Assembly: GCA_000091165.1 (NCBI GenBank)
Contig: FP565575.1
Span: forward strand, 720,001-752,000
Length of the DNA stretch: 32,000 bases
Direction: 5' to 3'
From: Candidatus Methylomirabilis oxygeniifera
GTDB lineage: Bacteria; Methylomirabilota; Methylomirabilia; Methylomirabilales; Methylomirabilaceae
Shown: in pieces, positions 28,559-32,000 of the stretch
How the letters are laid out: every line of letters begins with the position of its first letter
Position numbering within the stretch: position 1 is the stretch's first letter
Program-made: the position numbers and the translations under genes
Notes under the pieces: model-generated
Told to the model about the DNA's origin: nothing
Seen by the model: the letters and a program-made list of their open reading frames with translations, nothing else
Databases searched by the model: none

Positions 28559-28849
28559 ATGCCAAAGGCCTATTGGGTCAGCGCATATCGTGCGGTAAGG
28601 GACCCTGACAAGCTTGCCGCATACGCGAAGCTTGCCAGTCCCGCAATCACTGCCGGCGGAGGGCGCATTCTCGCGCGTGGCGAACCGGCGAAGGTGTACG
28701 AATACGGCGTGAAGCAGCGCATCGTTCTGATCGAGTTCGATAGCGTCGAGCAAGCTGTTGCCACTCATGACAGTCCCGGCTACCAGGCCGCGCTGGCCGC
28801 TCTTGGCGACGGCGCCGAACGGGAAATTCGCATCGTTGTAGGCGTCTGA
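28559..28849 (+). CDS. DUF1330 domain protein
   Basis: 96 aa. MPKAYWVSAYRAVRDPDKLAAYAKLASPAITAGGGRILARG...RIVLIEFDSVEQAVATHDSPGYQAA matches the DUF1330 pattern (MpaY.i....v.D...y..Y......a....GGr.LarGG........r.VviEFps.e.a..wy.SpeYq.a). GGAGGG RBS upstream. Confidence 0.8.
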   Translation: MPKAYWVSAYRAVRDPDKLAAYAKLASPAITAGGGRILARGEPAKVYEYGVKQRIVLIEFDSVEQAVATHDSPGYQAALAALGDGAEREIRIVVGV

Positions 28850-28956
28850 GTGTCGTCGGTCGCAATGTCTTATAAGGCCCTTGCGCGATTGGTGCGAATC
28901 CTTGCTCAATGTCGATACAGCGGAGGCGCTCCACGGCGAATGTCTCGGCCGGACGC

Positions 28957-29403
28957 CTACTGTGCCCACTCTAGGGAATCGCGCTTGGCCTTGTAGTGCT
29001 CGCCCAATTTCAGGGCCATGGCCTGTTCGCAGAGGTTCAGGGCAGCGTGGAAGTTTCCTAGCTCGGTGTAGGCCTGGATACCCCGCTCGAAACAGGTCAT
29101 GCCCTCCAGCATCCGACGGTACTCATGCGGGAAGGCCGCCTCAAGCTCCGGCAGGTAGCCCAGGGATACGCCCACGGAGGCCGCACAGTCCTCCCACTGC
29201 CCGCACCGAGCCTGGGCTTCGGCGTACAGGTCGTATGCCACCGCTTTCACCGAATTGGGCAGACTCGCCTGACCTTCGAAGGTGCGGCGCAAATACTTCA
29301 GCGCGGATTCCGGCCCGCCGAAGGCCGCCTCGCGGTGACCCACCAGCAGATCGGCCAGGACGTCCTTGACCGACTTGCGGACGGGTTCCTGTCGCTTCCC
29401 CAT
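28957..29403 (-). CDS. Hypothetical all-helical 148-aa protein, TPR-like
   Basis: GGGAGG RBS 5 nt upstream of the ATG. Helical repeats such as AYDLYAEAQARCGQWEDC and IQAYTELGNFHAALNLCEQAMAL resemble TPR units. I recognise no family. Confidence 0.6.
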   Translation of the reverse strand: MGKRQEPVRKSVKDVLADLLVGHREAAFGGPESALKYLRRTFEGQASLPNSVKAVAYDLYAEAQARCGQWEDCAASVGVSLGYLPELEAAFPHEYRRMLEGMTCFERGIQAYTELGNFHAALNLCEQAMALKLGEHYKAKRDSLEWAQ

Positions 29404-29429
29404 AAGACCTCCCTATTCTGCTCCGGCCC

Positions 29430-29514
29430 GTCATTCCGTGCTTGATGAGCCTGCCCCGTACTGGATACGGGGGAATTCAGTCGGGTCCTGGATACCGGCT
29501 TCCGCCGGTATGAC
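29430..29514. repeat. Second copy of the GTCATTCC...ATGAC palindromic MITE/REP-like element
   Basis: GTCATTCCGTGC ... GGATACCGGCTTCCGCCGGTATGAC. Internal hairpins: CCCCGTA-CTGGA-TACGGGG and ATACCGGC-TTCC-GCCGGTAT. It sits 26 nt upstream of the 148-aa gene start. It explains the spurious ORF 29366..29620 (...IPASAGMT...). A partial inverted remnant (GCGGGAATCCGACTGG) lies at 29640..29657. Confidence 0.5.
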
Positions 29515-29676
29515 GAATTGGCGGCAAGCCGCGGCGAATGAACCCTCAGTCGATTCAAGTGATAAAAATTGCTTTTCCCGGCGGCACGGGCACACGCCCG
29601 TTGGGACCGACCTGACGTAGCGTCTTCATGGCGGGGAGTATGCGGGAATCCGACTGGAAGGTCAAGATCGTAGGGT

Positions 29677-29977
29677 AAATAGGGACAGACACTATTATTG
29701 TAACAATTCGCGGTGTTCGCGGTCATGGTTGTGCATGCCACGGATTAGCCGAATTGCTGCATTGGGCCACCCGTATCATGTGAGGCAACGAGAGGATGAT
29801 CGTCAGGCGGTCGTTCGGAACGACAGCGATTCGAATGCGCATGATGACAGAACAGCCGCGGCGAAGAGGCGGGTTCATCTGGAAGGTGCGCAGGAAACTG
29901 GACAAGTAATTCACGTGTTGCAGAGGGGGGGAGACCAGGGAAGCGATTTCAATAAATAGTACCTGTCCCCATATTCC
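29677..29977 (+). mobile_element. ~300-bp TIR-bounded RAYT-fragment element (copy 2), same orientation as copy 1
   Basis: Left end AAATAGGGACAGACACTATTATTG; reverse complement of the right end GGGGACAGGTACTATTTATTG. Roughly four fifths identical to copy 1 by eye. Confidence 0.6.
29735..29959 (+). pseudogene. Truncated Y1 (HUH) REP-associated tyrosine transposase fragment (copy 2)
   Basis: MPRISRIAALGHPYHVRQREDDRQAVVRNDSD..., stopping after 74 codons. The conserved HVTQRGN is degraded to HVRQRED. It is far shorter than a functional enzyme. Confidence 0.6.
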
Positions 29978-29994
29978 CGGCAGGAAAAATGTTC

Positions 29995-30022
29995 TTGACA
30001 ACTCCTTGACAGCGCGTACAAT
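29995..30022 (+). promoter_or_regulatory. Near-consensus sigma-70 promoter (TTGACA, 16-nt spacer, TACAAT) for the zinc-ribbon gene
   Basis: TTGACA at 29995..30000 and TACAAT at 30017..30022, immediately after the right end of element copy 2. The predicted ~80-nt leader contains the hairpin GGGCC-ACCAT-GGCCC and a perfect tandem duplication GAAGTCTTGTT x2 (30049..30070). Confidence 0.5.
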
Positions 30023-30105
30023 GCCCCTTCGGGCCACCATGGCCCGGCGAAGTCTTGTTGAAGTCTTGTTGTGTTGTATATTGTTGTGAAAGGAGGGAAG
30101 TCGAC

Positions 30106-30282
30106 ATGGCAGAGAAGCCACAAGGAGCAAAACTTGCCAGCCGCACGAAGAATCAGGTCAAGAAGACGGCCGGTCAGTGTACATGCGGCGGCGATCTGAT
30201 CTGGAGCATGGTCTTTAACCCGCGCGGTCGTATGATGAAAGTTTGCGAAAAGTGTGGGACGGCCTTGCCAAAGGTGGGGTAG
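30106..30282 (+). CDS. Small basic zinc-ribbon protein, 58 aa
   Basis: The ATG at 30106 is preceded by AAAGGAGGG, and is preferred over the TTG at 30055 in the ORF track. Sequence: MAEKPQGAKLASRTKNQVKKTAGQCTCGGDLIWSMVFNPRGRMMKVCEKCGTALPKVG. Four Cys are arranged CxC...CxxC. A strong terminator follows. Confidence 0.6.
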   Translation: MAEKPQGAKLASRTKNQVKKTAGQCTCGGDLIWSMVFNPRGRMMKVCEKCGTALPKVG

Positions 30283-30314
30283 GGTACGACAGTACGCGGC
30301 CTCTTAAAACGACA

Positions 30315-30353
30315 GGGCTCCCCGATATGATCTGGGGAGCCCTTTGTATTTTG
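30315..30353 (+). terminator. Rho-independent terminator
   Basis: 9-bp stem GGGCTCCCC / GGGGAGCCC with loop GATATGATCT, followed by TTTGTATTTTG. Confidence 0.75.
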
Positions 30354-30435
30354 TGACTGATATATAGTATGGGGGTCAGTGCTAAGTCGAGTGTCGGGCT
30401 GTATCACGCCGTTTCAGCCAAGCAGGAGATACTGC

Positions 30436-30464
30436 TTGGCAGTCGCCGGTCCACACAGTATCAT
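30436..30464 (+). promoter_or_regulatory. Candidate sigma-70 promoter (TTGGCA, 17-nt spacer, TATCAT) for the SDR / MBL-hydrolase genes
   Basis: TTGGCA at 30436..30441 and TATCAT at 30459..30464. The -35 overlaps the hairpin CCAAGCAG-GAGATA-CTGCTTGG (30418..30439). Motif match only. Confidence 0.3.
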
Positions 30465-30556
30465 ACTCTCGAATCGGATATGTCACCGTGAACACGCTGG
30501 TCAAGTTACGTATGCAGGCGTTCCGGTGCATGGCGGTCATCAACTGAGCGGAGGAG

Positions 30557-31291
30557 ATGGAGCTTCACGGGCGGACGGCATTGGTGACGGGGGCAGCCAG
30601 GCGTGTGGGCCGGGCGATTGCCCTGGCGATGGCGGGCCGGGGCGCCGATGTGGTGATTCACTATAGGAGCAGTGCGTCCGAGGCCCACGAGACAGTAGAG
30701 GCGGTGGTACGTCTCGGCCGACGAGCGTTTGCCATTCAGGCCGATTTGGCAGAGCCGGATCAGGTCGAGGCGCTGGCTGACCGCGCAGTGCAGGCGTGCG
30801 GGAAGATCGATGTCCTGGTGAACAGTGCCGCGATCTTTCGGAGAACGCCGCTCGAACAGCTTACCGTACAGGACTGGGAACAGTTCCTGCGCGTCAACCT
30901 CACGGGACCGTTCCTGCTGGCCAGACGACTGGGCCTGCTGATGCGGCAGCAGGGAGCGGGGAAGATCATCAATGTCGCCGATGTCGCGGGGATCAAACCG
31001 TGGGCCGACTTCCTGCCCTATTCCGTCTCCAAGGGGATGTTGATTACCATCACGCAGGGGCTGGCGAAGGCGCTGGCGCCGGAGGTCCAGGTGAATGCTG
31101 TGGTGCCCGGCACAGTATTGCCGGCAGAGGACTACAGCGAGAAAGAGCGCGAGTCGATTGTCAGAGGCACACTGCTCAAACGGATCGGTGACCCGGCCGA
31201 TATCGCCCAGACCGTCCTCTTTCTTGTAGAAGGCTCGGATTTCATCACCGGGCAAGTCGTGGTCGTAGATGGGGGCCGATCGATCCAGTAA
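30557..31291 (+). CDS. Short-chain dehydrogenase/reductase, pteridine reductase/FolM-like N-terminus
   Basis: 244 aa. ALVTGAARRVGRAIALAMAGRGADVVIHYRSS (TGxxxxxG Rossmann), NSAA, catalytic YSVSK (YxxxK), PGTV. Confidence 0.9.
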   Translation: MELHGRTALVTGAARRVGRAIALAMAGRGADVVIHYRSSASEAHETVEAVVRLGRRAFAIQADLAEPDQVEALADRAVQACGKIDVLVNSAAIFRRTPLEQLTVQDWEQFLRVNLTGPFLLARRLGLLMRQQGAGKIINVADVAGIKPWADFLPYSVSKGMLITITQGLAKALAPEVQVNAVVPGTVLPAEDYSEKERESIVRGTLLKRIGDPADIAQTVLFLVEGSDFITGQVVVVDGGRSIQ

Positions 31292-31309
31292 GCGGCCCTG
31301 AAGGATAAG

Positions 31310-31987
31310 ATGAGCCACACCCTCTATCTGAAGCAAATGGAATTAGGCGAGATGGCCAACTACGTCTATCTGATCGGTTCGACCAAGACGAAGGAGGCCG
31401 CTGTGATCGATCCGGCCTGGGAGATCGAGAGGATTGTGGAGCTTGCCGCAGTTGATGAGATGACACTGACCCACATCCTGGTCACCCACTCCCATCCCGA
31501 TCATGTGGGTGGCAAGCTGTTCGGTCTTCAGATCCAGGGAGTCGCGGAGTTGCTCGAGCGGGTAGACGCCAAGGTGGTTGTTCATAAAGCGGAGGCCGAC
31601 CACCTGACCCCTCTTGCCGGATCGAACATCATGCGAGTCGACCATGGTGACACCGTGAGTCTGGGCGACATCACCGTGACGATCATCCACACCCCTGGCC
31701 ACACTCCGGGCTCACAATGTTTTCTGGTGCGGGATCGCCTGGTTACAGGAGATACATTGTTCATTGGTTCGTGCGGCCGCGTTGATCTCCCGGGCAGCAG
31801 TCCTGAGCAGATGTACGATTCGCTGACGAATAGAGTCATGAAGCTGGACGACAAGACCGTCGTCCTACCCGGCCATAACTACGCCGCTGGTCGCACGTCC
31901 AGCAGTATCGGTGAGGAGCGCAACAAGAACCCGTACGTTCAGTGTCGCTCCCTTGCCGCGTTCCTCCGCGTCACGGGCAATGCCTGA
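31310..31987 (+). CDS. MBL-fold metallo-hydrolase (glyoxalase II-like)
   Basis: 225 aa. VTHSHPDHVGG (HxHxDH), TPGHTPGS, GDTLFIGSCGRVD, PGHNY. AAGGA RBS upstream. Confidence 0.9.
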   Translation: MSHTLYLKQMELGEMANYVYLIGSTKTKEAAVIDPAWEIERIVELAAVDEMTLTHILVTHSHPDHVGGKLFGLQIQGVAELLERVDAKVVVHKAEADHLTPLAGSNIMRVDHGDTVSLGDITVTIIHTPGHTPGSQCFLVRDRLVTGDTLFIGSCGRVDLPGSSPEQMYDSLTNRVMKLDDKTVVLPGHNYAAGRTSSSIGEERNKNPYVQCRSLAAFLRVTGNA

Positions 31988-32000
31988 GTCCGGCGGCGCG

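Noticed and set aside
28430-30130. ORFs 28430..28969 (-, 179 aa), 28881..29369 (+, 162 aa), 29298..29741 (-, 147 aa) and 29723..30130 (-, 135 aa) in the accessory pocket.
   Set aside because: They run antisense to, or across, the better-supported DUF1330 and 148-aa genes and the repeat elements. They are Arg/Pro/Ser-rich, as expected of off-frame GC-rich sequence, and lack an RBS.

Overview
GC-rich bacterial chromosomal window, densely coded and mostly core metabolism. The organism cannot be identified from the sequence alone.

Gene content, left to right:
- NAD-linked formate dehydrogenase operon on the minus strand: a fused NuoE/NuoF-like diaphorase subunit, then the catalytic alpha subunit. 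The alpha subunit runs off the left edge and is therefore missing from the ORF track.
- Two small orphan regulators: a stand-alone Lrp/AsnC RAM domain and an excisionase-type HTH protein.
- A soluble PAS histidine kinase translationally coupled to a sigma-54-dependent NtrC-family response regulator.
- A LysR regulator divergent from purC, then a small PGPGW membrane protein.
- A co-oriented nitrogen-assimilation block, gltB-gltD then nirB-nirD. A well-spaced sigma-54 (-24/-12) promoter lies in the spacer upstream of nirB.
- A divergent class A PBP overlapping an SLT-like gene whose catalytic Glu position reads Gln.
- A low-GC pocket with an orphan 95-aa gene.
- An alpha/beta hydrolase, leuC-leuD, an SDR and an MBL-fold hydrolase.

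The only accessory-looking region is about 27.8-30.4 kb. There, two ~300-bp elements bounded by terminal inverted repeats (TIRs) sit in direct orientation. Each carries the same decayed N-terminus of a REP-associated tyrosine transposase (RAYT, IS200-like). They bracket a DUF1330 gene, a TPR-like hypothetical gene and a small palindromic MITE-like repeat. A second copy of that MITE-like repeat lies upstream of the fdh operon. Next to this pocket are a secreted Gly-Met-Pro-repeat protein and a small zinc-ribbon gene with a near-consensus promoter.

I found no CRISPR array, no rRNA or tRNA gene, no recognisable defence or toxin-antitoxin system, and no intact transposase or integrase. All homology statements come from reading motifs by eye, not from searches.
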